A DNA stretch of 58,590 nucleotides from an uncultured Candidatus Saccharibacteria bacterium (GTDB lineage: Bacteria > Patescibacteriota > Minisyncoccia > Phycocordibacterales > PALSA-1337): assembly GCA_964629235.1 (NCBI GenBank), contig CAZVQB010000003.1, positions 1 to 58,590 of the forward strand. Direction: 5' to 3'. The position numbers were made by a program, and so were the translations under genes. Below the pieces are notes generated by a model. That model ran no database searches. It saw nothing but the letters and a program-made list of their open reading frames with translations, and was not told the origin of the DNA. Shown here in pieces: positions 44,756-54,357 of the stretch. Numbering within the stretch: the first letter of the stretch is position 1; each line of letters opens with the position of its first letter.

Positions 44756-46421
44756 GAAAAAAAGAAATAGAAATGTTGAAATCGATCCTGATGAAATCTT
44801 TATTGACTCTCACAATTTACCTCAATTCGATAATCAACAATTCGAAGGAAGACTTGAAAAACCAATTTCAAAATTGAGTCTATTTATAATTTTCTCTTGC
44901 TTCGCATTTATTATAATCATTTTTACATTTAAGATTTGGAATTTACAGATCGTAAATGGCGAGAGTTACAATCAAAAAAGTGAAAACAATAGACTAAGAC
45001 ATACTCCAGTATTTGCTGTTAGAGGTGTTATTTATGATAGAAATGGAGTAGAACTTGCTTGGAATGAACCAAGTGATGATCCAGATTTTTTCTCAAGAAG
45101 ATATAGTACAAGTACAGGATTAGCTCATACTGTCGGTTATGTTCAGTATCCATCAAAGGACGGAGCCGGTTTTTACTATAAAGAAGATTTTGAGGGTATA
45201 GATGGTATCGAAAAATATTTTAATGAAGATTTAAAGGGTGCAAATGGAGTAAAGCTAGTAGAAGTAAATGCTTTGGGCAAAATTCAGTCAGACAACATTA
45301 TCCAACCAGCAAAAGAGGGTAAAAGTATACATTTATCTATAGACTCGCGTGTTCAGTCAGAAATGTATAGAGCAATAAAGGATATAGCAAATCGTGTAGG
45401 TTTTACTGGAGGAGCTGGAATGATAATGGATATAAAAACTGGAGAGGTGATAGCAATAACTAGTTATCCAGAATTTGATCCAGAGATAATGTCATCAAAA
45501 AGTGACAGTACAAAAGTAAAATCATATCTGACTAGTACTGGGAAACCATTCTTGAATAGAGCAGTAGATGGCCTATATACCCCAGGATCTATTGTAAAAC
45601 CATACATGGCTTTGGCTGCATTAAATGAAAATATAATAGATCCAAGTAAGAAAATATTAAGTACAGGATCGATATCAGTACAAAATCAATATTTTCCTGA
45701 TCTTCAAACAACTTTCAAAGATTGGAAGGCGCATGGTCTTGTAGACATGAGGAGAGCAATCGCTGTATCATCCGATATTTATTTCTATGAAGTTGGCGGT
45801 GGATACAAAGAGTTAAAGGGATTGGGAATAAATAGAATCGAAAAATATATGAAAATGTTTGGTTTTGGTGAGAAGATTGAGAATTCTTTTTTTACTGGTG
45901 GCAGTGGAACCGTGCCAAATCCTGAATGGAAAAAAGCAAATTTTAAAGGGGAAGCGTGGAATCTCGGGAATACTTACCATACATCTATAGGGCAATATGG
46001 TTTCCAAGTATCAGTTGTGCAGATTACACGAGCAGTTGCTTCTTTAGTTAATAACGGTTTACTTAGAGACCCAAGCATTATCAAAGGAGAGGAGGGGAAA
46101 ATATTGAGACAAATAGATATTCCAAAAGAGTACTTCACTATCGTTAAAGAGGGTATGAGACTTGGTGTTACCGAAGGTACAGGATCATCTCTTAAGCTCC
46201 CATTTGTCGATGTCGCATCAAAATCTGGTACCGCAGAGCTAGGAGTTACAAAAGACAATGTAAATTCATGGATGACAGGCTTTTTCCCTTATAAAAACCC
46301 ACGTTATGCTTTCGCAGTAATTATGGAAAAGGGATCTGCACACAATCTAATAGGCGCAGGATCTGCAATGAGGGAAGTTTTCGAATGGATGAATATAAAT
46401 ACACCAGAATATTTCAAATAA
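44739..46421 (+). CDS. mrdA: penicillin-binding protein 2 (class B transpeptidase)
   Basis: SxxK (GSIVKP), SSD (SSDIYF), KSG (SKSGTAE); TM anchor. Confidence 0.88.
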   Translation: MMINFKKKRNRNVEIDPDEIFIDSHNLPQFDNQQFEGRLEKPISKLSLFIIFSCFAFIIIIFTFKIWNLQIVNGESYNQKSENNRLRHTPVFAVRGVIYDRNGVELAWNEPSDDPDFFSRRYSTSTGLAHTVGYVQYPSKDGAGFYYKEDFEGIDGIEKYFNEDLKGANGVKLVEVNALGKIQSDNIIQPAKEGKSIHLSIDSRVQSEMYRAIKDIANRVGFTGGAGMIMDIKTGEVIAITSYPEFDPEIMSSKSDSTKVKSYLTSTGKPFLNRAVDGLYTPGSIVKPYMALAALNENIIDPSKKILSTGSISVQNQYFPDLQTTFKDWKAHGLVDMRRAIAVSSDIYFYEVGGGYKELKGLGINRIEKYMKMFGFGEKIENSFFTGGSGTVPNPEWKKANFKGEAWNLGNTYHTSIGQYGFQVSVVQITRAVASLVNNGLLRDPSIIKGEEGKILRQIDIPKEYFTIVKEGMRLGVTEGTGSSLKLPFVDVASKSGTAELGVTKDNVNSWMTGFFPYKNPRYAFAVIMEKGSAHNLIGAGSAMREVFEWMNINTPEYFK

Positions 46422-46502
46422 TCGTGTTTTTGACAACATTTACTTTATTGTAATTATGCGCTATTATATGGGTCTTATAATTCATTAAATTTAAAGCCTA
46501 AT

Positions 46503-46979
46503 ATGAGTGCAGACAAACAATATCTTACAAGTGAGAAAATGCAGGAATTTCGAAAAGAATTGGAATTTCTAAAAACAGAAAAAAGAAAGCAAGTTGCAGA
46601 AAATCTAGAATACACAAAAAAGCTAGGAGATCTTTCAGAAAATGCCGAATATCACGATGCAAGACAAGTACAAGCTGAAGTTGAAGATAGAATAAGTCAT
46701 CTTGAAAATCTTATAAAAACAGCAGTAATCGTAGACGGAAGTAATTCTACAGTTAAGGAAGGAATGGTATCAATCGGCTCAACAGTAAAAGTACAAAAGA
46801 CTGGAGAAAAGGAAATCAGAGAATACAAGATTGTAGGCTCAGAAGAAGCTGATATGGCACACGGTAAAGTTTCAAACTTGTCACCACTAGGATCTGCTTT
46901 ACTAGGCAAAAAGAAAGGTGATAAAGTAGATGTAAATACACCAAAAGGAAAAATAGTTTATACACTTATTTCTGCATAA
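46503..46979 (+). CDS. greA: transcription elongation factor GreA
   Basis: LT.EKMQEFRKELEFLK...GDLSENAEYHDAR is the GreA coiled-coil signature. Confidence 0.93.
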   Translation: MSADKQYLTSEKMQEFRKELEFLKTEKRKQVAENLEYTKKLGDLSENAEYHDARQVQAEVEDRISHLENLIKTAVIVDGSNSTVKEGMVSIGSTVKVQKTGEKEIREYKIVGSEEADMAHGKVSNLSPLGSALLGKKKGDKVDVNTPKGKIVYTLISA

Positions 46980-46991
46980 TAAATAAAATAA

Positions 46992-48881
46992 ATGGCTTCA
47001 TTAGAAGAACTAAGAGCAACAAGACTTCAAAAATTGGAACTTTTAAAGAAAGCTTCAATGGAACCATATCCAAGTAAGGTTCCAAGAACTTTTTGTTTGA
47101 AAGACGCTAGGGCGAATTTCGAATCATATCTAAAAGATAATAAAGAAGTTTCTTTGGCTGGAAGAATAATGGCAATAAGAGGGCAAGGAGCAATACTCTT
47201 TGTTGTTCTTTATGATGGGAAAGACAAATTCCAAGCTGTTTTCAAAAAGGATGAAATAGATGAGAAACTATTCCAACTTTTTACTGATGCTATAGATATT
47301 GGTGATTTTATTTCTGTTACTGGAAATTTCTTTAAAACTCAAAGAGGTGAAGAAAGCATTTTGGTAAAAACATGGACAATAGCATCGAAATCTCTCTTGC
47401 CTTTACCAGAGAAATGGCATGGAATCACAAATGATGATGAAAGATATAGAAAGAGATATCTAGATATTTTGATGAATGAAGAGTTGAGAGATTTATTTAT
47501 TAAAAAATCAAAATTCTGGGATGTAACAAGAACTTTCTTAAAAGATAAAGGTTTTCTTGAAGTTGAAACACCAACACTAGAGATTACAACTGGTGGTGCT
47601 GAAGCTACTCCTTTTAAAACTCATCATAATGATTATGATCTAGATGTTTATATGAGAATATCAGTAGGTGAACTATGGCAAAAGAGACTTATGGCTGCAG
47701 GTTTCCCGAAGACTTTTGAAATAGGACGTGTATATAGAAATGAAGGTTCAAGTCCAGATCATTTGCAGGAATTCACTGGTATGGAGTTTTATTGGTCTTT
47801 TGCTGATTTCGAAGAGGGTGTTTCGATGACTGAAAATATGATAAAGACAGTCGTTAAAGAAGTTTTTGGTAAAATGGAATTTACTACAAGAGGTCATAGC
47901 TTCAATCTTGATATAAATTGGCCGAGATTAAGTTATGTGGAGACTGTTGAAAAGATGACAGGTATTAATGTTTTGAAAGCAACAGAGAAAGAAATGATAG
48001 ATAAGTTGAAGAAGTTGAATGTAAAATATGATGGAGAAAATAAAGAAAGACTAACAGATACACTTTGGAAGTTCTGTAGAAAACAGATTTCTGGTCCAGC
48101 ATGGCTCGTAAATCACCCAAAACTTGTCTCACCACTATCTAAGATTCATCCAGATAATCCTGAGTTAACACTGCGTGCCCAACTTATTCTTGCTGGCTCA
48201 GAAATGACAAATGGTTTTGCTGAACTGAATGACCCGGTTGATCAAAAGAATCGTTTTGATATTCAAGAAGGTTTGATAACAAAAGGTGATACTGAAGCAA
48301 TGATGCCAGATCATGAGTTTGTGGAAATGCTTGAATATGGAATGCCACCAACGTTTGGTTTTGCTTATGGTGACAGACTCTTTGCTTTTCTAGCTGACAA
48401 GCCACTTAGAGAATTACAAATGTTCCCATTGATGAGACCGAAGGGTTCTATTGTGAATAAAGAAACAAAGGTTGCTGTTTTGGTTATAAGAAATGATCTT
48501 GGTGAGACTTGGAAAGTCTTGAATACATCAGCACATCTTGGTGCATCTCTCGGTGCTCACTTAGGTAAAAGCCTGCTCTTACAAGATGTAGTTAGTACTA
48601 AAGATAAGGTTGGAATTAATTTAAATATTAAACATGCAATTATGATTAAAGAATGTAATGATTCTCAATCACTAATTAATATTACACAAAAAGCAAAAGA
48701 AAATAATCTTGAAGTTGAAGAATTTACTCGTCAAATGCAGGATACCACTAATGATAAAAAAGTAATTGCCCAGACTTCATTGCTGAATAATAAGGATGTT
48801 GAAAGACTTGGAGTTTTGATCTTTGGAGAAAAAGATAGAGTTGAAGAAATCACCAAAGACTTCAAGTTGTTTTCTAAATAA
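46992..48881 (+). CDS. lysS: lysyl-tRNA synthetase (class II) with a 140-aa C-terminal PTH2/DUF2000-like extension
   Basis: The core ends about ..LQMFPLMRPKG. Motif 2 is FEIGRVYRNEG. The extension from aa 490 is KVAVLVIRNDLGETWKVLNTSAHLG...LGVLIFGEKDRVEEITKDFKLF. Confidence 0.9.
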   Translation: MASLEELRATRLQKLELLKKASMEPYPSKVPRTFCLKDARANFESYLKDNKEVSLAGRIMAIRGQGAILFVVLYDGKDKFQAVFKKDEIDEKLFQLFTDAIDIGDFISVTGNFFKTQRGEESILVKTWTIASKSLLPLPEKWHGITNDDERYRKRYLDILMNEELRDLFIKKSKFWDVTRTFLKDKGFLEVETPTLEITTGGAEATPFKTHHNDYDLDVYMRISVGELWQKRLMAAGFPKTFEIGRVYRNEGSSPDHLQEFTGMEFYWSFADFEEGVSMTENMIKTVVKEVFGKMEFTTRGHSFNLDINWPRLSYVETVEKMTGINVLKATEKEMIDKLKKLNVKYDGENKERLTDTLWKFCRKQISGPAWLVNHPKLVSPLSKIHPDNPELTLRAQLILAGSEMTNGFAELNDPVDQKNRFDIQEGLITKGDTEAMMPDHEFVEMLEYGMPPTFGFAYGDRLFAFLADKPLRELQMFPLMRPKGSIVNKETKVAVLVIRNDLGETWKVLNTSAHLGASLGAHLGKSLLLQDVVSTKDKVGINLNIKHAIMIKECNDSQSLINITQKAKENNLEVEEFTRQMQDTTNDKKVIAQTSLLNNKDVERLGVLIFGEKDRVEEITKDFKLFSK

Positions 48882-48911
48882 TCCACTGGTTTTCCACCAA
48901 GTTATGAAATT

Positions 48912-48930
48912 TTGATAAAATTTTTATCAA
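48912..48930. promoter_or_regulatory. perfect 9+1+9 inverted repeat upstream of the MazF-like gene (candidate operator)
   Basis: TTGATAAAA T TTTTATCAA, 43 nt upstream of the ATG at 48973. Confidence 0.4.
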
Positions 48931-48972
48931 TTTTTCTATTGTCTTACATTTTTTAATTGAAATAATTAGAGA

Positions 48973-49431
48973 ATGTCGGAAGAATACGAAAAAGACTTTG
49001 ATGGGTGGAATATGGTAAAGAAAAATGTCGATAGAAAAAATATTGGCAAAAACTTCTATTTCTATGCAAGAGAGATTTGGTGGGGATCGTTAGGGTTAAA
49101 TATAGGAGCAGAATCAGACGGCAAAAATGATTTATTTGAAAGACCACTGTTAATACTAAAAGTCTTTAATAAAGAAATGCTGTGGTGTTTACCAATAACA
49201 TCAACAATAAAAGATTTGCCTTTTTACTATAAAATAAAATTTAATAATGAATCTAGATCTGTTCTCGTAACTCAAATAAAGACTATTAGTTCAAAAAGAC
49301 TTCTAAGAAAGGTAGAAAAGATGAATGATAAAGATTTTAATGAAATAGTTAATAGGGTTATAAGTTTTCTAAAAAGCGAAACCCCCACGAATTGTGGGGG
49401 AATCTCGGAGCCCGAAGGCGATAATATATAA
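48973..49431 (+). CDS. MazF/PemK-family toxin-like protein, no adjacent antitoxin ORF
   Basis: FERPLLILKVFNKEMLWCLPITST and VTQIKTISSKRL fit the PemK/MazF pattern (RP.lvl....v..v.PiTs...; ..qirtid..R). Confidence 0.6.
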   Translation: MSEEYEKDFDGWNMVKKNVDRKNIGKNFYFYAREIWWGSLGLNIGAESDGKNDLFERPLLILKVFNKEMLWCLPITSTIKDLPFYYKIKFNNESRSVLVTQIKTISSKRLLRKVEKMNDKDFNEIVNRVISFLKSETPTNCGGISEPEGDNI

Positions 49432-49483
49432 ATAATACCAAATCTGTATTCACTGTCAAATATTTTAATTAGATAACAAACTT

Positions 49484-49510
49484 ATCCCCATTTTGTGGGG
49501 ATTTTTGTTT
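49484..49510 (+). terminator. rho-independent terminator
   Basis: ATCCCCA ttttg TGGGGAT followed by TTTTGTTT. Confidence 0.7.
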
Positions 49511-49525
49511 GCAAAGATATATGTT

Positions 49526-49553
49526 GTGGGATAAAATGGTATGTAAGTGGGAT
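49526..49553 (+). promoter_or_regulatory. two GTGGGAT direct repeats, 21-nt period, upstream of mraZ (candidate MraZ boxes)
   Basis: GTGGGAT at 49526-49532 and 49547-49553. A third GTGGGG (49495-49500) lies in the terminator stem. Confidence 0.45.
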
Positions 49554-49628
49554 GAAGTAGGAAATTAAATTATTCTACGATTCGACCGTAAAATAAAATA
49601 ATTTTTAAAAAATAATCTCACAAATAAA

Positions 49629-50072
49629 ATGCTGATCGGAGAACACCTACACACGATTGATGATAAGAGTAGAGTTTCTCTTCCTTCGAAATTTCGAAAG
49701 GAGATGGGAAGCACTGTTGTTATCGCTCCTGGAATAGATAGCTGTCTCTTTATTTTTACATTAAAGGGATGGAAAGAATTCGCAGAGAGACTTTCGAGAC
49801 CGGATTCTTCATCAGTATTGCAAGCAGACAATCGAAATTTCAACCGAATAATTTTCGGTCGTGCGACTGAAGTAGAGGTTGATTCGATAGGACGTATTTT
49901 GATTCCAGTCCATCTTTGTGAACATGCAGGTATCACTAGTAAAGTAGCGATAATCGGTGTGTTGAATAGAGTTGAAATCTGGGATGAAAAAGTTTGGTCG
50001 TCGTATCGTACTGCTGTTGAGAAGAAAACTGACGCTCTTGCTGAAAAGCTGGGTTCAGTCGGAATTCTTTAA
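49629..50072 (+). CDS. mraZ: transcriptional regulator MraZ
   Basis: MLIGEHLHTIDDKSRVSLPSKFR plus a second SpoVT/AbrB-like repeat (VDSIGRILIPVHL). Confidence 0.92.
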   Translation: MLIGEHLHTIDDKSRVSLPSKFRKEMGSTVVIAPGIDSCLFIFTLKGWKEFAERLSRPDSSSVLQADNRNFNRIIFGRATEVEVDSIGRILIPVHLCEHAGITSKVAIIGVLNRVEIWDEKVWSSYRTAVEKKTDALAEKLGSVGIL

Positions 50073-50087
50073 GATAGCTGTACCAAT

Positions 50088-50999
50088 ATGACGAAAAATA
50101 CAGAATACATCCACAAGACAGTTCTTTTAAAAGAGTCAATAAATGGTCTAGATATTCATCAAGGTGACATTTATCTTGATGGAACTCTAGGAAGTGCAGG
50201 ACATGCAGAATATGCTCTAAGAATAAATGAAGGGAAAATAAAAGTGATTGGCCTCGATAGAGATAGTCAAGCACTTTTAAGATCAAAGGATCGACTTAGA
50301 CTATATTCTGATGTTGCACTTATCGAATCAAGTTATGGAGACTTGGATCAAGCTCTAGATAGTCTTAAAATCGGAAAGATAGATAGGATTATGCTTGACC
50401 TTGGTTTATCTTCAGACCAATTTGAAACCTCAGGTAGAGGATTCGCTTTTAAAAAGGACGAACCACTACTTATGACTTTCAAATCAAACTTGGTTGAAGG
50501 AGATCTGACTGCTCATGAGATAGTGAATTCATGGCAAGAAGAGAATATTGCAGATGTAATTTATGGGTATGGAGAAGAAAGATATTCAAGAAGAATTGCA
50601 CATGCAATAGTCAAATATAGAGAAAAAAAGACCATTGAAAAGACTAGTGAATTGGTGGAGATAATTTCTCAAGCGGTACCAGTTTTTTATAGAAAAGGAA
50701 AGATACATCCAGCAACTAGAACTTTCCAGGCATTGAGAATTGCAGTAAATGATGAACTCAATACTCTAAAGAAAGGTTTGGAAAAAGGTTTCGCTAGATT
50801 GAATAAAGGAGGAAGGATGGCAATAATCTCTTTCCACAGTCTAGAGGATAGAATAGTCAAAAATTTTAATAAAGAAAAAGAGAGTAATGAAGAAGCAAAG
50901 ATCATTACAAAAAAACCGATTGAACCAAGTGATGAAGAAGTAAAAGAAAATCCAAGATCAAGAAGTGCAAAATTAAGAATTTTAGAAAAAATAATATAA
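50088..50999 (+). CDS. rsmH: 16S rRNA m4C1402 methyltransferase RsmH
   Basis: HKTVLLKESI, DGTLGSAGHA, SFHSLEDRIVK, NPRSRSAKLR. Confidence 0.93.
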   Translation: MTKNTEYIHKTVLLKESINGLDIHQGDIYLDGTLGSAGHAEYALRINEGKIKVIGLDRDSQALLRSKDRLRLYSDVALIESSYGDLDQALDSLKIGKIDRIMLDLGLSSDQFETSGRGFAFKKDEPLLMTFKSNLVEGDLTAHEIVNSWQEENIADVIYGYGEERYSRRIAHAIVKYREKKTIEKTSELVEIISQAVPVFYRKGKIHPATRTFQALRIAVNDELNTLKKGLEKGFARLNKGGRMAIISFHSLEDRIVKNFNKEKESNEEAKIITKKPIEPSDEEVKENPRSRSAKLRILEKII

Positions 51000-51001
51000 A
51001 T

Positions 51002-51331
51002 ATGACACAAGTATTAGCAAACAATTTGAAAGATGTAATGAAATATAGAGAGACAATATTTACCTTCTTGGTATGCTCAATATTTATACTTTTCGCGTCT
51101 TATATTTATTTCGTTCACGAAGCGGTGACAAACGTTGTGGCTCGAGAGCAAATAGTAAAAGAGAATCGAGCTTTAGCAACAAATGTTAGTGAATTGGAAG
51201 GCAAGTATTTCATAGTAAAGAATACAATCAGTATGGAATTGGCACATGAAAAGGGATTTGTGGATGGAGAAGTTTCATCATTCATATCAAGCAAATCTCT
51301 AACTGCAATGGCTAATCATAATGAACTCTAA
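51002..51331 (+). CDS. ftsL: FtsL-like small bitopic membrane protein
   Basis: 109 aa, one TM and a short coiled coil; position between rsmH and ftsI only. Confidence 0.45.
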   Translation: MTQVLANNLKDVMKYRETIFTFLVCSIFILFASYIYFVHEAVTNVVAREQIVKENRALATNVSELEGKYFIVKNTISMELAHEKGFVDGEVSSFISSKSLTAMANHNEL

Positions 51332-53033
51332 TCTTGTATTTAGAATAAGAATAATACTCGGTTGTGTAGTATTTGTAGCTTTGGTTATAGTGACCAAGCT
51401 ATTTTTTGTACAAATAATATCTGGAAGTGAGTACAGTGCAACAGCAGATCGGCAATATATAAAACCTCAGACATCGAACTTTGACCGAGGTTCGATTTTC
51501 TTTTCATCAAAAGATGGAATAAAGATCGCTGCAGCTACTGTAAAAGATGGCTACAATTTATCAATTAATCCTAAAAATATTAAAGATGAAAATCAAGTCT
51601 ATACGGCACTTTCACAGTACATGGATATAGATAAAAATGTTTTTTTAGATAAAACAAGCAAGAAAAATACTTCATACCAAGAGATACAAAAAAGACTCGA
51701 AATACCACTAGGACAATCTCTAAAAGCCCTAAAAATACCCGGTGTTGATGTCCAAAAGGAAAGTTGGAGAATATATCCAGGTAATTCACTAGCAGGGGAC
51801 ACAATAGGTATTATTGGCTATGATAAAGAGAACAATCTTGCTGGGCGTTATGGTCTTGAAAGTTATTATAACGATGTACTTTCTAGGAAAAGTGTAGATT
51901 CAAGTCTAAATTTTTTTGCAGAACTTTTCAGTGGAATAAAGAAAACAGTCTTTCTGGATAATGCAAAAGAAGGAGACGTGATTACAACTATAGAACCAAC
52001 AGTTGAAAGTTATCTTGAGAATACTTTGGCTGATACAAAGAAAAAATGGAATTCAGATTCTATAGGAGGAATAATCATGGATCCACAAACAGGCGAGATT
52101 TATGCTATGGCAGAATTGCCAAACTTTAATCCTGCTGATTTAACGAATATCAGTGATCCAAAAATCTTTTCAAATTCTCTAGTTGAAAGTGTATATGAAA
52201 TGGGATCTATCATAAAACCGTTAACAATTGCATCAGGTATCGATTCAGGAGTAATAACTTCAAAATCTACTTACAATGATACAGGCTCACTACTTTTAAG
52301 TGGCAAAAAAATATCAAACTATGATGGCAAAGCGAGAGGTGTAATACCAATGCAAGAAATATTGAGTCAATCTCTAAACGTGGGTGCTGCTTATGTTTCT
52401 CTAAAGATTGGTGCACAAGACTTTTTAAAATATTTTCAAAGTTTTGGTATTGGTGACAAGACCGGAATCGACCAACCAAATGAACAAAAGGGTATAATCA
52501 AAAACCTTATAACAGGTCGTGATGTTGAAATCGCAACTATTTCTTACGGACAAGGTATAGCACTTACTCCAATACAGACCGTCAGGGCATTATCAATTCT
52601 TGCTAATGGTGGTAAACTAGTTACCCCACATATTGCAAAGAGTATTGAATATGTAGATGGCAATCAATTAGAACTTACTTTTCCCAAACCAAGACAAGTT
52701 CTAGAGAAAGAGACTACAGATGATGTTACCGAAATGCTTATAAACGTAGTTGATAAAGCATTGAAAAAGGGAGAAGTTAAGATGGAGAGATACAGTATTG
52801 CCGCAAAGACTGGTACGGCTCAGATTGCAGATCCAGTTAATGGAGGTTATTATAGTGACAGGTATCTGCACTCATTTTTTGGCTATTTCCCAGCCTATAA
52901 TCCCAAATTCATAGTTTTCCTTTATCATGTCTATCCAAAGGGTGCAGAGTTCGCTTCAGAGACTCTAACAGATCCATTTATACAGCTGACAAAACTTTTA
53001 ATTAATTATTACAATATAATTCCAGATAGATAA
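51321..53033 (+). CDS. ftsI: penicillin-binding protein (FtsI/PBP3-type class B transpeptidase)
   Basis: SxxK (GSIIKP), SxN (SLN), KTG (AKTGTAQ); TM anchor; dcw context. Confidence 0.88.
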   Translation: MNSNLVFRIRIILGCVVFVALVIVTKLFFVQIISGSEYSATADRQYIKPQTSNFDRGSIFFSSKDGIKIAAATVKDGYNLSINPKNIKDENQVYTALSQYMDIDKNVFLDKTSKKNTSYQEIQKRLEIPLGQSLKALKIPGVDVQKESWRIYPGNSLAGDTIGIIGYDKENNLAGRYGLESYYNDVLSRKSVDSSLNFFAELFSGIKKTVFLDNAKEGDVITTIEPTVESYLENTLADTKKKWNSDSIGGIIMDPQTGEIYAMAELPNFNPADLTNISDPKIFSNSLVESVYEMGSIIKPLTIASGIDSGVITSKSTYNDTGSLLLSGKKISNYDGKARGVIPMQEILSQSLNVGAAYVSLKIGAQDFLKYFQSFGIGDKTGIDQPNEQKGIIKNLITGRDVEIATISYGQGIALTPIQTVRALSILANGGKLVTPHIAKSIEYVDGNQLELTFPKPRQVLEKETTDDVTEMLINVVDKALKKGEVKMERYSIAAKTGTAQIADPVNGGYYSDRYLHSFFGYFPAYNPKFIVFLYHVYPKGAEFASETLTDPFIQLTKLLINYYNIIPDR

Positions 53034-53034
53034 T

Positions 53035-54300
53035 ATGAAAAATATATTTAAAAAAGTAATAACTTCAATTTTATTATGGGAATCAAAAATAATTCTCAAG
53101 AAGTACAATCCTTACGTTATTTCTATTACTGGAAGTGTAGGTAAGACTTCTACAAAGGATGCAATATTTACAGCACTTTCAACTTCAGATTATGTAAGAA
53201 GAAGTGATAAGAGTTTTAATAGTGAAATCGGGATACCTTTAACAATTATTGGTTGTGACAATGGTTGGAGTGATCCGATAGCTTGGTTAAGTAATATTTT
53301 CCAAGGTTTGGAGTTAATAATTTTTAAATCTGACTATCCAAAAACTCTAGTTTTGGAAGTTGGAGCAGATCATCCACATGACATTGAATCTGTTTCGAAA
53401 TGGTTACAAAGTGATATTGTAGTTATGAACAAAGTGGGGGATATACCAGTCCATGTAGAATTCTTCGCTTCAGCCGAAGAAGTTCTAAAAGAGAAATCTT
53501 TTTTAATTAAAACCTTAAAACCAAATGGAACTCTCGTTCTTTTCTCTGACGATAAAAAAGTAAGTAATCTAGCTCAAGGGGTAAAACAAACAGTAATGAC
53601 TTTTGGAATAAATGAAATGGCAACAGTCACAGCTTCAAATATTTCTGCTTTTTATAATGATGATAAAAATCCAGAAGGAATGACATTTAGAATAAATCAT
53701 AAAGGCAATAGTATTCCAATGAAAATTAAAGGAACTCTTGGTAGTCAACAAATATATCCAATAATCGCTGCAATAACAGTAGGAATAGCAAAAGGAATTG
53801 CAATACCAAAACTTATCGATGCATTCGAAAAACATAGTGCACCAAAAGGAAGAATGAATATTCTAAAGGGTATGAATGATTCAACAATCATTGATGATAC
53901 ATACAATGCTTCACCAGATGCTCTACGAGAAGGATTAACAGCATTGGCCTCGCTGCAAGTCTCTGGCAAAAGAATAGCGGTAATAGGAGATATGATGGAA
54001 CTCGGTAACTTCTCAGCAGAAGAACATAGAAAGGCTGGTATACAAGCTATACAGTCTTCAGATGTACTAGTTACAGTAGGACCAAGAGCAAAAGTGATGA
54101 GTGATAAAGCAATAGCTTTCAACAATTCAACAGATGCAGGAGAATATCTAAAAACAATAATATCTCAAGGTGATGTAATATATGTAAAAGGCTCACAATC
54201 AATGCGTATGGAGAGAGCTGTGAAGATGATATTGAATGATCCGTCTTTGGCACCGAAACTTCTAGTGAGACAAGAGAAAGAGTGGTTGGAGAAGAAGTAG
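53035..54300 (+). CDS. murF: UDP-N-acetylmuramoyl-tripeptide--D-alanyl-D-alanine ligase
   Basis: ITGSVGKTSTKD P-loop, DDTYNASPDAL; 421 aa. Confidence 0.85.
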   Translation: MKNIFKKVITSILLWESKIILKKYNPYVISITGSVGKTSTKDAIFTALSTSDYVRRSDKSFNSEIGIPLTIIGCDNGWSDPIAWLSNIFQGLELIIFKSDYPKTLVLEVGADHPHDIESVSKWLQSDIVVMNKVGDIPVHVEFFASAEEVLKEKSFLIKTLKPNGTLVLFSDDKKVSNLAQGVKQTVMTFGINEMATVTASNISAFYNDDKNPEGMTFRINHKGNSIPMKIKGTLGSQQIYPIIAAITVGIAKGIAIPKLIDAFEKHSAPKGRMNILKGMNDSTIIDDTYNASPDALREGLTALASLQVSGKRIAVIGDMMELGNFSAEEHRKAGIQAIQSSDVLVTVGPRAKVMSDKAIAFNNSTDAGEYLKTIISQGDVIYVKGSQSMRMERAVKMILNDPSLAPKLLVRQEKEWLEKK

Positions 54301-54357
54301 TTTACAAATAAGGATTTAGTAGTAATATTATCTCTTGAAAGTACAAAATGGAGGTAT

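Noticed and set aside
48882-48972. An antitoxin micro-ORF upstream of the MazF-like gene.
   Set aside because: The 91-nt spacer contains no ATG/GTG-initiated ORF of useful length in the toxin orientation. The palindrome is more consistent with an operator.
49495-49500. A third MraZ box (GTGGGG).
   Set aside because: It forms the 3' arm of the terminator hairpin of the upstream gene, so its presence is explained by the terminator. It is kept only as a remark.
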